Of a DNA stretch of 33,923 bases, positions 1-8,873 are shown piece by piece. Within the stretch, counting starts at the first letter, position 1. Each line of letters opens with the position of its first letter. The position numbers and the translations under genes were made by a program. The DNA comes from Acidobacteriota bacterium (GTDB lineage: Bacteria > Acidobacteriota > Blastocatellia > Pyrinomonadales > Pyrinomonadaceae), in the NCBI GenBank assembly GCA_005790265.1, contig SXVE01000267.1:1-33923 (forward strand), read 5' to 3'. The notes beneath the pieces were generated by a model, which was given only the letters and a program-made list of their open reading frames with translations, had not been told where the DNA came from and made no database searches.

Positions 1-3000
1 TCAACGCCGAAAACAATTTCTGGGGCTGCAACGCCGGACCACAGCCTGCGCCGGGCAACAACTGTTCGACAGTTTCGGGTTTGGTGGATTTCGATCCGTG
101 GCTCGTTCTGGACGACACGACTTCGACCGCCTCGTCGGTTAACACCGGCGCGACAAGTACGGTAACGACAAGTTTGCGCAAAAACTCCGACGGAGCTGAT
201 ACTCACGCGCTTCCGGGCAATCCGCATCTGCCGAATCCGCTGACCATTTATCCAAGCGGCATTCCGGTTAATTTTTCGGCAACCAACGGCACGGTCAATC
301 CGGCTGTCACGCCGCTCGTTGACGGTCTGGCGTCAACGACATTTACCGGCGGCGGCGTTTTCTCCGGCAATCAAACGGCAGTCGTTACGGCAACGGTTGA
401 TAATGCTTCGGACACGGTCAACATTACTGTCAACGACACGACCAATCCGACCGTCACGATTAATCAAAAAATCGGTCAGCCCGACCCGGCAAACGGCGTT
501 CCGGTTGAATTCACGGTTGTTTTCAGCGAAGTCGTGACCGGATTTGATAACAGCGACGTTTCCGTCACAGGAGTTACTTTCTCAAGCATCGTCGTCACCG
601 ACAGCGGCGACGGGAAAACGTATAATGTTGCCGTCACGCCGACGAGCAGCGGCGTCGTGACGGCGACGATTCCAGCGGGCGCGGCGCTCGATCCGGCGAA
701 CAATCCGAGCGCGGCTTCGTCATCAACCGACAATCAGGTCACTTTCTTCGTCGGCGCAATTGAGTTCGTGGTTGATGATTTAAATCAAAATTGTCTCAAC
801 AACGGCGCACCGGTTTATACGACGATTCAAGCAGCAGTCGCGGCGGCAAGTCCGGGTTATATCATCAGAGTTTGTTCGGGAACGTACACCGTCGGCTCCA
901 ACATACCGCTAAACAAAGCCGGTCTGACGATCATCGCCGCCGAAGCGGTCAAACCATTGGTCAACGTTTCGGGCAGCGGCAACAGCTTCACGGTCAGCGC
1001 GTCCAATATCACAATTGACGGATTGAACATCGTCAAAACTGATGCGGTTGGAACGCACAATATCATTACCGTTCAGGGAACAAACTTCAGCGGCAAAAAT
1101 ATTGACTTTACGGCGACGACGCCGTGGCAGTCGTCGGGGACAGCCCGCGGCTACGAAATTTCCGGCACGGCGACTGGATTTCTGATCGATAACAATCGGT
1201 TCACCGATTTGCGCCAACCGGCATACATCAACGGCAACGGCGGCAACACGGTGCTCGGAACGGTTTCTAACAACACCGCGACCAGAACGAAAGGATTTGT
1301 CGTGGACGGTGCCTTGGTCAATTTCACGGGAAATACGTTCGGTCAAACCTGTTCCGCCTGCGATACGGATATTGCTCTTCTGAACAATTCCAACGCGGCG
1401 TATCAGAATTTTTATCTCCCGAATCTTCTCGCCATCAGCACGGCGAACGACAATGCGCACATTGACGTGCAGTTTACACCGGCGAACGACAGCGGACGCG
1501 CGGTTTCATATGTTGACGCCGCAACCGGTTCAGTAAACAATGACGGACGAATCGGAAAACCGTATGCAAGCATTCAGCAAGCGATTTATATCCCTGACAC
1601 CAGTCCGAGTTCGCGCATTGAAGGAACTTTGCCGGGCGGAACGGTCTACGTCGCGGCGGGAACTTATCCTGAAACCATCGTTGTTGACCGACCGCTGAAA
1701 ATTCTCGGCGCGCAGAACGGCAATCTTGCCAAACCGCGCACCAATACAGCCGCCGAGTCAACGATTGTCGTCGGTTTAAGCACGACCACGCCTGTTGATA
1801 TTCAGGCTGACAACGTTACTTTCGACGGTTTTAACTTTGATATTAATCAAACCAATCCGACGACGAACAATGGAGGAGATAAACCGCAGGTGATTATCAG
1901 AGCCTCCAGCAATCCGGGTCCGGGCGGCGACGGCTATCAGAACATCAGAGTTCTCAACAACCGTTTGCCCTACAGCGAAGCGGAAGTTGAAAACACTTTC
2001 AATGAAAAATACGGCGTCTGGTTTGCTCAAAGTACGGATTCGCTAATGGAGGGCAATTACTTAGCCGGATTTCCCGGTTATGGATTACTCGCCGAATCGG
2101 GTTCGACTAATTTAATCGTTCGCAACAACGATACTTTCAATAACAACATTGCAGGCTTTGCGGCACAGAGCAATTTCACACGACCCGCTCCGCAGCTTAA
2201 GCACAACAACCTTTTGGTCGAAAACAATCGTTTTGATCGCGACGAGGTGTTACTGTTTCAAGTCGAAGGCGGCATCATTCGCAACAATACGCTGATCGGC
2301 GGTCAGCTCGGCTCGGGTCGAGTGAACATGGGCGGCGGAAACAACAACATCGACATCACCGGCAATACATTTTCGTTGAGCCGCCTGCAGGGCGTCGCAA
2401 CATTCACGTATTTTGAGCCGAGCAATAACACCATTCCATTTGCTCCAAACAGCAATATTGATGTTGTCGGCAACACGTTTACTCGCTTGATCAGTCCGGC
2501 TCTTAACGGACCGAATTCGGCGACGACCGGTTCGTTTGCGGCGATTGATTACCGCGGCACGGGCGGCAACAATACGATTGCGAACAACACTTTGAGATTG
2601 TTCGGTACGCTTCCGGCGGGCGGCAACTCCAGTTTCGGCATTCGCCTGCGCGGCAGCGGTTCCGGTAATTTTGAAATTACCGGTAATAGTCTCGACGGAG
2701 GAAACGTGACGGCAACCGGAACGGCTCTGCCGGTTACCGGTTTAAATATTTTTTCCAACGCGACCGGCAGCGTGCCTGCCGATGCCGGAGCGTTTCCGGC
2801 TTCGTCAATCGTAAACGTTAACTGCAACACGTTCACTCGTTTCCAAGACGGCATCTCCGTTTTCGATCAAGTCAACAACACGTACGGCGGATTGCAGTCC
2901 GGCAGCAACATTACAATTAACAACAACAATATCGTCGGCAACAGTCAATTCGGCGTCAACAACGGCGGCACGAGCGCAACCATTAATGCACAAAGCAATT

Positions 3001-6000
3001 ACTGGGGCGCGGCAGACGGTCCCGGACCGGTTGGACCGGGCAGCGGCGACCGAGTAACGCCGAACGTTGATTTTTCCAACTTCCGTACGTCACCGGTTAC
3101 CGGCTGCGCCAATTTACCGCCGCCGCCGCCGACAGTAACGATTAATCAAGCCGCCGGACAAGCTGATCCGACGAGCACATCGCCGATTACGTTTGACGTA
3201 GTTTTCAGCGAAGCGGTAACGGGCTTTGACGCGAGCGATATAGATTTAACCGGCAGTTCGGCATTCGGCACGGGCGCAACCCCGACCATTAACGTCAGCG
3301 GCAGCGGTTCGACTTATACCGTTACCATCGGCGGAATGACGCAGAGCGGTACGGTCACGGCAAGAGTCAAACCGGGCGCGGCAACCGGAGCAAGCGGCAC
3401 AACCGTCGCTTCTACTTCGACGGATAACACGGTTACTTATAATTTCACGGTCGCCAATCCGGGCAATACGGTGCAGACAGTTAATCCGGTCAACATCACG
3501 GCGCAGCAGTTTAGGTTTTTGAACGAAGGACCGAACGGCAGCGGGGCGTTTGTCACCGGACCGGGAACACCGCCGTCGGGCATCGGCAGCGTGCAGCTAA
3601 CGGTTGACAGCACCGGACGGCAAAATCTGGTAACCAATCGTTATGCCGGTACTCGTTTAGCCGACATTACGGCGTTGAGTTACAGCGCATATACCAATCG
3701 AACCGATAATTTAACGATTACGCTGCAGTTTGATGCCGATTACAATTTGAGCGACACGGACACCAGTTTTCAAGGAAGATTGGTTTATGAACCTGCCGCT
3801 CAAGGAATCACGGTCACGCCGAATACTTTTCAGACGTTCGACACGCTCAACGGAAGGTTTTACGCAACGCGCGCGCCGTTTAACACGGTTTGCTCGCAAG
3901 CCAACCCGTGCACGCGCGCGCAATTACTGGCGGCGTATCCGAACGTCGGTATCAGAACGGTGACGACTGCCGACCCGAACGGGAGCGGTATTTTAATACT
4001 GCGAGCGGGCGGACCGTTCGCGGGCGGAATGGTTGCCAACGCAGACAATTTGGTGGTCGGCGTCAACGGCGCGACGACGACGTTCGATTTTGAACCGTCG
4101 CCGCCGACCGTTTCGATCAGCGATGCGACGGCAGTGACCGAAGGTAATGCGGGAACAACGACGGCGACTTTTACCGTTTCGATTTCGCAGGTCAGCCAGT
4201 TGCCGACGACCGTCACCGTTAATACGGCGGACGGAACGGCGACAACGGCAAACGGCGATTACGCTGCTGTTACCAATCAAACCGTAACAATTCCCGCCGG
4301 TCAGACTTCGACGACCGTCACGGTCACTGTTTACGGCGATACGAATGTTGAAGGCAATGAAACCTTTACCGTCAATTTATCGAACGCGCTCAACGCGGCG
4401 ATTGATGATGGTCAGGGCGTCGGTACGATCAACAATGACGATGTCGTTATTTCATTTTCTTCGGCGACTTATAACGTTAACGAAGGCGACGGAACAGCGA
4501 CAATCACGGTGACGCGCAGCGGCGCAACGCCAAATTCGGAAACCGTTAACTTTGCCACGAGCAACGGCACGGCGACCGGCGGAGCGGCTTGCACGGCGGG
4601 CGTTGATTTCATTAATAACAGCGGCACGCTGACCTTTGCGGGTAATGAAACGAGCAAAACGTTCAGTGTCACGGTCTGCAATGATCTGATCAGCGAAGCA
4701 GGCGATCCTGAAACCGTTAATCTGACGCTTTCCAGTCCGTCGAGCGGCGCGACGCTCGGAACTTCGAGTGCGGTGCTGAATATTTTCGATAATGACGGCG
4801 CGGGAGCCATCACGATTTCAGGAAATATCAAGCAATTCCAGAATCCGGGACCGAACACGAATCTGGCAGGCGTTACGGTCACATTGAGCGGTTCGGCTTC
4901 CTGCACGACAACGACCGACGCGAACGGTAACTACAGCTTCGGCGCGCCGTCCTGCACGATTCCGGCTGGCGGCAGTTACAAAGTAACGCCGAGCGGCTTA
5001 GGTAAAATTTACGATCCGATTTACCGCAATTATTCGGGTCTTAACGTCAACGTCACCGACGCGAACTTCATCGCTTACAACAGCATCAATGATGTTCCGC
5101 GCCGCGTCAGAGTCGGTTTCAGCACGGTCGCGCCGGGACAGCAGGTTTCCGTTCCGATCAGGCTTGAAAGTATGGGCGATGAAAACGGCGTGAGCTTTAG
5201 TCTGACATATGATGCAACCCGACTCAGCAATCCGGTCGTGACATTGGGAGCCGATGCTCCGGCAGGATCGTCGCTAATCACGAATCCGGGAACGGGCGTA
5301 ATCGGAATTATCGTGACCGCTCCGTCGGGACAAACATTCGGCGCGGCGGGATCGAAAGAGATCGTTAAAATTCAGTTCAACACTGCACCAAATACTGATT
5401 TCAACACTCCTTTGACGTTTACCGACTCGCCGATTGTTCGCAACGTTAATGATGTCAGGTCAAATCCGCTGCAAGCGCAGTTCATCAACGGGGTTGTCGT
5501 TTTCGCGCAAGGTTTGGAATCGGATGTAGATACGAGACCGAACGGCGACGGCGATGTTGATCTCGGCGATTATATTCAAACCGGCAGATTTGCCGCCAAT
5601 CTCGACACGCCGGACTTTGCCACCAGCAATGAGTTTCAGCGTGCCGACAGCGAACCGTCAGCGCTCAAGGGCGATGCGGACGTTGATCTCGGCGACTTTA
5701 TCCAAGCCGGACGTTACGCCGCGACGCTCGATCCGTTACAAACGGTTGGAGGTCCGGCTTATCCGACAAATGCTCCGCCTGACTTGCTACAAAAAGCCGG
5801 AGGCAGAGAGAATCTTTTGGCGATACCGCGCATCGTGAGAGCAGTCAACGCATCGGCTTCACCCGGTTCTCAGGTTACGGTTTCGGTCGAAGTCGAACCG
5901 GAAGCAGGTGATTTGGGCGTTAGTTTTACGATGGATTATGACGTAAACAAACTTAGTAATCCGCAAGTCGCTCTCGGCAGCGGCGCGCCGGGTGCCACTT

Positions 6001-6500
6001 TAATTCCGAACACTAATAATCCGGGCAAAGTAATTGTTCAGCTCGCGTATATCACCGGCGGATTTCAAGCCGGCACGAAACAGCTGCTGACTATTACATT
6101 CAACGTTGCGGGAAATGCTTCGGCAGGACAAACGCCGCTGATATTCAATGACACTCCAGTTCAACGCCAGATTCGCAACAACAGTAACTTAATTGTCGCG
6201 TCGAACTTTGTTAGCGGATTTGTCAATATTTTAGGACCGACGGCGGCTGGATCTTCAGTTGCCGGTCAGGTCGTCACGGCAACCGGACGGGCAATTCCCA
6301 GAGCACAAATCTCCCTGCAAAACAGCCGAGGAATTGTTCGCTCAACGATTTCCAATCCGTTTGGTAAATTCCGTTTCAATGATCTGGAAGTCGGAGAAAC
6401 ATACATCATTACTGTTTCTTCCAAAGGTTATAAATTCACTGAACGAATTGTGAGTTTGACAGACAATTTGGAAGACTTAACGGTTATTGCCAACCAGTAA
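1..6500 (+). CDS. Giant multidomain cell-surface/adhesin-like protein, 5'-partial. Domains: Big_1-like Ig, right-handed beta-helix blocks, two TVTINQ-type Ig-like domains, 2x Calx-beta, CarboxypepD_reg-like, cohesin-dockerin-cohesin, CarboxypepD_reg-like.
   Basis: The reading frame starting at nt 3 is open from the window edge to TAA at 6498-6500. nt 3-80 translate to NAENNFWGCNAGPQPAPGNNCSTVSGL. This is a second copy of the beta-helix cap motif NAQSNYWGAADGPGPVGPGSGDRV seen at 2985-3083, so the gene starts upstream of the window and TTG-81 is an ORF-finder artefact. Beta-helix entry motifs are present: YTTIQAAVAAASPGYIIRVCSGTYT and YASIQQAIY...GGTVYVAAGTYPETIVV. Codon style matches the other genes. 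Confidence 0.9.
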   Translation, partial: NAENNFWGCNAGPQPAPGNNCSTVSGLVDFDPWLVLDDTTSTASSVNTGATSTVTTSLRKNSDGADTHALPGNPHLPNPLTIYPSGIPVNFSATNGTVNPAVTPLVDGLASTTFTGGGVFSGNQTAVVTATVDNASDTVNITVNDTTNPTVTINQKIGQPDPANGVPVEFTVVFSEVVTGFDNSDVSVTGVTFSSIVVTDSGDGKTYNVAVTPTSSGVVTATIPAGAALDPANNPSAASSSTDNQVTFFVGAIEFVVDDLNQNCLNNGAPVYTTIQAAVAAASPGYIIRVCSGTYTVGSNIPLNKAGLTIIAAEAVKPLVNVSGSGNSFTVSASNITIDGLNIVKTDAVGTHNIITVQGTNFSGKNIDFTATTPWQSSGTARGYEISGTATGFLIDNNRFTDLRQPAYINGNGGNTVLGTVSNNTATRTKGFVVDGALVNFTGNTFGQTCSACDTDIALLNNSNAAYQNFYLPNLLAISTANDNAHIDVQFTPANDSGRAVSYVDAATGSVNNDGRIGKPYASIQQAIYIPDTSPSSRIEGTLPGGTVYVAAGTYPETIVVDRPLKILGAQNGNLAKPRTNTAAESTIVVGLSTTTPVDIQADNVTFDGFNFDINQTNPTTNNGGDKPQVIIRASSNPGPGGDGYQNIRVLNNRLPYSEAEVENTFNEKYGVWFAQSTDSLMEGNYLAGFPGYGLLAESGSTNLIVRNNDTFNNNIAGFAAQSNFTRPAPQLKHNNLLVENNRFDRDEVLLFQVEGGIIRNNTLIGGQLGSGRVNMGGGNNNIDITGNTFSLSRLQGVATFTYFEPSNNTIPFAPNSNIDVVGNTFTRLISPALNGPNSATTGSFAAIDYRGTGGNNTIANNTLRLFGTLPAGGNSSFGIRLRGSGSGNFEITGNSLDGGNVTATGTALPVTGLNIFSNATGSVPADAGAFPASSIVNVNCNTFTRFQDGISVFDQVNNTYGGLQSGSNITINNNNIVGNSQFGVNNGGTSATINAQSNYWGAADGPGPVGPGSGDRVTPNVDFSNFRTSPVTGCANLPPPPPTVTINQAAGQADPTSTSPITFDVVFSEAVTGFDASDIDLTGSSAFGTGATPTINVSGSGSTYTVTIGGMTQSGTVTARVKPGAATGASGTTVASTSTDNTVTYNFTVANPGNTVQTVNPVNITAQQFRFLNEGPNGSGAFVTGPGTPPSGIGSVQLTVDSTGRQNLVTNRYAGTRLADITALSYSAYTNRTDNLTITLQFDADYNLSDTDTSFQGRLVYEPAAQGITVTPNTFQTFDTLNGRFYATRAPFNTVCSQANPCTRAQLLAAYPNVGIRTVTTADPNGSGILILRAGGPFAGGMVANADNLVVGVNGATTTFDFEPSPPTVSISDATAVTEGNAGTTTATFTVSISQVSQLPTTVTVNTADGTATTANGDYAAVTNQTVTIPAGQTSTTVTVTVYGDTNVEGNETFTVNLSNALNAAIDDGQGVGTINNDDVVISFSSATYNVNEGDGTATITVTRSGATPNSETVNFATSNGTATGGAACTAGVDFINNSGTLTFAGNETSKTFSVTVCNDLISEAGDPETVNLTLSSPSSGATLGTSSAVLNIFDNDGAGAITISGNIKQFQNPGPNTNLAGVTVTLSGSASCTTTTDANGNYSFGAPSCTIPAGGSYKVTPSGLGKIYDPIYRNYSGLNVNVTDANFIAYNSINDVPRRVRVGFSTVAPGQQVSVPIRLESMGDENGVSFSLTYDATRLSNPVVTLGADAPAGSSLITNPGTGVIGIIVTAPSGQTFGAAGSKEIVKIQFNTAPNTDFNTPLTFTDSPIVRNVNDVRSNPLQAQFINGVVVFAQGLESDVDTRPNGDGDVDLGDYIQTGRFAANLDTPDFATSNEFQRADSEPSALKGDADVDLGDFIQAGRYAATLDPLQTVGGPAYPTNAPPDLLQKAGGRENLLAIPRIVRAVNASASPGSQVTVSVEVEPEAGDLGVSFTMDYDVNKLSNPQVALGSGAPGATLIPNTNNPGKVIVQLAYITGGFQAGTKQLLTITFNVAGNASAGQTPLIFNDTPVQRQIRNNSNLIVASNFVSGFVNILGPTAAGSSVAGQVVTATGRAIPRAQISLQNSRGIVRSTISNPFGKFRFNDLEVGETYIITVSSKGYKFTERIVSLTDNLEDLTVIANQ
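441..755 (+). other. Ig-like domain copy 1 (NPTVTINQKIGQPDPANGVPVEFTVVFSEVVTGFDNSDVSVTG...) inside the giant protein
   Basis: Direct translation. It is a close paralogue of the segment at 3117-3453 (PPTVTINQAAGQADPTSTSPITFDVVFSEAVTGFDASDIDLTG...). Confidence 0.6.
3117..3453 (+). other. Ig-like domain copy 2 inside the giant protein
   Basis: It has the same TVTINQ..GQ.DP....P..F.VVFSE.VTGFD.SD signature as 441-755. It directly follows the NYWG beta-helix cap at 2985-3083. Confidence 0.6.
4110..4796 (+). other. Two tandem Calx-beta domains
   Basis: Copy 1: VSISDATAVTEGNAGTTTATFTVSIS...TADGTATTANGDYAAVTNQTVTIPAGQTSTTVTVTVYGDTNVEGNETFTVNLSN...GVGTINNDD. Copy 2: ISFSSATYNVNEGDGTATITVTRSG...TSNGTATGGA..DF.NNSGTLTFAGNETSKTFSVTVCND...ETVNLTLS...AVLNIFDND. 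Both fit the classic Calx-beta pattern. Confidence 0.75.
5094..5510 (+). other. Cohesin-like module 1
   Basis: VRVGFSTVAPGQQVSVPIRLESMGDENGVSFSLTYDATRLSNPVVTLGADAP...KEIVKIQFNTAPNTDFNTPLTFTD. The pattern matches cohesin modules: a selected variant, then 'v.v.v.l....g..f.l.YD...L', then a closing beta strand. Confidence 0.6.
5511..5735 (+). other. Dockerin-like duplicated EF-hand segment
   Basis: There are two related segments: RPNGDGDVDLGDYIQTGRFAANLD and LKGDADVDLGDFIQAGRYAATLD. Each has an Asp-rich Ca-loop followed by a short helix, as in type I dockerin repeats. Confidence 0.55.
5826..6236 (+). other. Cohesin-like module 2
   Basis: PRIVRAVNASASPGSQVTVSVEVEPEAGDLGVSFTMDYDVNKLSNPQVALGSGAPGATLIP...KQLLTITFNVAGNASAGQTPLIFND. 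It is a paralogue of 5094-5510. Confidence 0.6.
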
Positions 6501-6510
6501 AACGGCAAGC

Positions 6511-6549
6511 AAAAAAAAGGGCGGAGAATATTCTCCGCCCTTTTTTTTT
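6511..6549. terminator. Bidirectional rho-independent terminator between the convergent adhesin and dinG genes
   Basis: A perfect 22-nt palindrome GGGCGGAGAATATTCTCCGCCC (6519-6540) is flanked by A8 upstream and T9 downstream. Confidence 0.9.
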
Positions 6550-6595
6550 ATCAACTAAATTTCATTCAATCAACAAATTAACACGACAGTGTCGC

Positions 6596-8572
6596 TTATA
6601 CCTTTGCTTTGTTGATGTTGTCTTGAAAAATTTGTGCGACATCCTTCAAGTCGCTCGTGACTCGTGTTTTTGGCAGTGAATTTAGAAAATCTTTGCCGTA
6701 GCTTTTGGTTTTCAAACGCGGGTCGAGCAGGGCGATGACGCCGCGGTCGGTTTTGCTTCTGATTAGTCGTCCGATTCCCTGTTTCAGAGTGATAACGGCG
6801 TTCGGCACTGAGTAGTCGAAAAACGATTTGCCGCCGTTGTCGTCAATGAATCGGGTGCGCGCGGCGACAATCGGATCAGACGGGACGGCGAACGGGAGTT
6901 TGTCAATGATGACGCACGAAAGTTGTTCGCCCTGCACGTCAACTCCTTGCCAGAAAGATGAGGTCGCAAATAAAACGGCGTTCGGCGTTGTGCGGAATTT
7001 TTCGAGAAGTCCGGCTTTTGACATCGAACCCTGAATAAAGCACGGAAAATTAACGCGCATCGAAACGAGTTCGTAAAGCGCGTTCATCGAAGAATTGCTC
7101 GTCGAAAGCACGAACGCGCGCCCGTTTGTGACCTGCAAAATTTTGACGATTTCCGCCGCCGCCATCTGCGAGAAAGTCGGTGAACTCGGCTCCGGCATCG
7201 CTTTCGGCAGATAAATCACCGCTTGTTTTTGATAATCGAAAGCCGACGGCGCGAGCAGCGTTTCGGTATCTTTGCCTTCCAAACCGAGACGATCTTTGAT
7301 GAAATCGAATTTTCCGTTTGATGAAAGCGTCGCGCTCGTCAAAACGACGGTTTCCATTTTGTCAAAAAGTTTGTCCTGCAAAAGCGAGGAAACATCAATC
7401 GGCGACGCGCGCAGAAACATTCCGCGTCCGCGTTTTTCCAGCCAGTAAACGTAATTTTTTTCGGCTTGCGTGCAGATGAAATCGAGGTCGAAACGAGTTT
7501 GCCGGACGCGGCGCACCAAACTTTCGGCTTCCGTCATTTTTTCGGCGTAAACGTCCGCGCCGGTTTCCAGTCTTTCGAGCGCCGAATCAAAGGCGAAATA
7601 AGCTTCGCCCAATGCCGTCGGCTGAATTTCGCCTTTCGTATTTTTCTGCGCGAAAGCGTTCGGCGCGAGCGGAAAACGCCCGTCGTTGTTGCGCGCCTGC
7701 ACGAAACGCACCCAGAATTGGTCGGCGAGACCGATGATTTTCGCGGCGAGTTTGGTTAATTCTCTGGTCGCGGCGGCATCGGTAATCGGCAAGGCGTCGG
7801 CGTCGCGCACGAGTTCGTCAATTTGAAAGCTCGAAACCTGAAAACCGAAATAATCGGCGGCGATGTCTTCGATCAAATGCGCTTCGTCAAAAATGACCGC
7901 GCCGTAATCGGGCAAAACTTTGCCGTATTCGTTGCCGCGAATGTTTAAATCGGCGAAAAACAAGTGATGATTGACGATCAGAATATCGGCGTTTTCGGCG
8001 CGCTCGCGCATTCTGGTAATAAAACACGGCTCGAAATTCGGGCATTTTTGACCGAGACATGTTTCCGATTTGGCATTGATGCGATTCCAGAACGAGAGAT
8101 TTTCCGGCAATCCGACGAGTTCGGAACGGTCGCCGGTCGTCGTTTCCTGCGTCCAGCGGCTGACTTCTTCAAAGTAATCGAGTTCGTCCAAACCTTCTAA
8201 AATCGGTTGGCTTTCCGCTTTTTGCGTGCGGTAGAGACACGCGTAATTCGAGCGCCCTTTCATATACGCGGCGGTGAATTTTTTCGGCATCACTTTTTGC
8301 AGAAACGGAATGTCTTTTTCCATAATCTGCTCCTGCAAATTTTTCGTGCCGGTCGAAATGATGACGCGTTTATTTTTCGCGAGCGCGTAGGCAATTGCCG
8401 GAACAAGATAAGCAAGCGTCTTGCCCGTTCCGGTTCCGGCTTCGACGATCAAGTGCTTTTTCTGCTCGAACGCGCGCAAAACCGCGTCAGCCATTCTGAT
8501 TTGTCCGGCGCGATGTTCGTAGTTCTGGTGGAATTTGGCGATCAGCCCGTTTTTTCCAAAAATTTCTTCCAT
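6596..8572 (-). CDS. dinG: ATP-dependent DNA helicase, DinG/XPD (Rad3) family with Fe-S cluster, no exonuclease domain (YoaA/DinG-like)
   Basis: Motifs seen: Walker A AGTGTGKTLAYL; DEAH box VIFDEAHLIEDIAADYF; a Cys cluster (YACLY...ETCLGQKCPNFEPCF) typical of the XPD/DinG 4Fe-4S domain; C-terminal helicase motifs SSFWQGVDV and QGIGRLIRS. Confidence 0.9.
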   Translation of the reverse strand: MEEIFGKNGLIAKFHQNYEHRAGQIRMADAVLRAFEQKKHLIVEAGTGTGKTLAYLVPAIAYALAKNKRVIISTGTKNLQEQIMEKDIPFLQKVMPKKFTAAYMKGRSNYACLYRTQKAESQPILEGLDELDYFEEVSRWTQETTTGDRSELVGLPENLSFWNRINAKSETCLGQKCPNFEPCFITRMRERAENADILIVNHHLFFADLNIRGNEYGKVLPDYGAVIFDEAHLIEDIAADYFGFQVSSFQIDELVRDADALPITDAAATRELTKLAAKIIGLADQFWVRFVQARNNDGRFPLAPNAFAQKNTKGEIQPTALGEAYFAFDSALERLETGADVYAEKMTEAESLVRRVRQTRFDLDFICTQAEKNYVYWLEKRGRGMFLRASPIDVSSLLQDKLFDKMETVVLTSATLSSNGKFDFIKDRLGLEGKDTETLLAPSAFDYQKQAVIYLPKAMPEPSSPTFSQMAAAEIVKILQVTNGRAFVLSTSNSSMNALYELVSMRVNFPCFIQGSMSKAGLLEKFRTTPNAVLFATSSFWQGVDVQGEQLSCVIIDKLPFAVPSDPIVAARTRFIDDNGGKSFFDYSVPNAVITLKQGIGRLIRSKTDRGVIALLDPRLKTKSYGKDFLNSLPKTRVTSDLKDVAQIFQDNINKAKV

Positions 8573-8873
8573 TAAATTGTGTATTTATGACGGATTTTAT
8601 TGACTAAAAAAGCGATATTTGTTAAAAATTTTAAAACCCCGAATTTTCGATACATACATTTGAGTAAATTTGTCATCAATTGGTATCAGCAAAAACAGTT
8701 CAATTCCAATAATACCAAATTTTTTCGAGTAAACCGACGCCATCGTCGAAGCAATTTTTCGGGCGGAGACAGTTTTTTCTTTGTCAAAAATTAATCGTTA
8801 AATTTCGCCTTAGATATTGAGAATTTCCAAGCATTCTCGAATCGTCTCGTTAAGCTTTTAGGAGGGCTTACCA

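Noticed and set aside
81-83. TTG at nt 81 listed as the start of the 2139-aa ORF
   Set aside because: The same frame is open back to the window edge. The upstream 26 codons encode a recognisable copy of the NxWG beta-helix cap motif, so the gene is 5'-truncated by the window rather than starting here.
6596-8572. DinG-family helicase as a possible defence-system component
   Set aside because: It stands alone between strong terminator and promoter regions. It has no adjacent nuclease, methylase, CBASS or Cas-like partner. Its Fe-S XPD/DinG architecture matches the housekeeping YoaA/DinG repair helicases.
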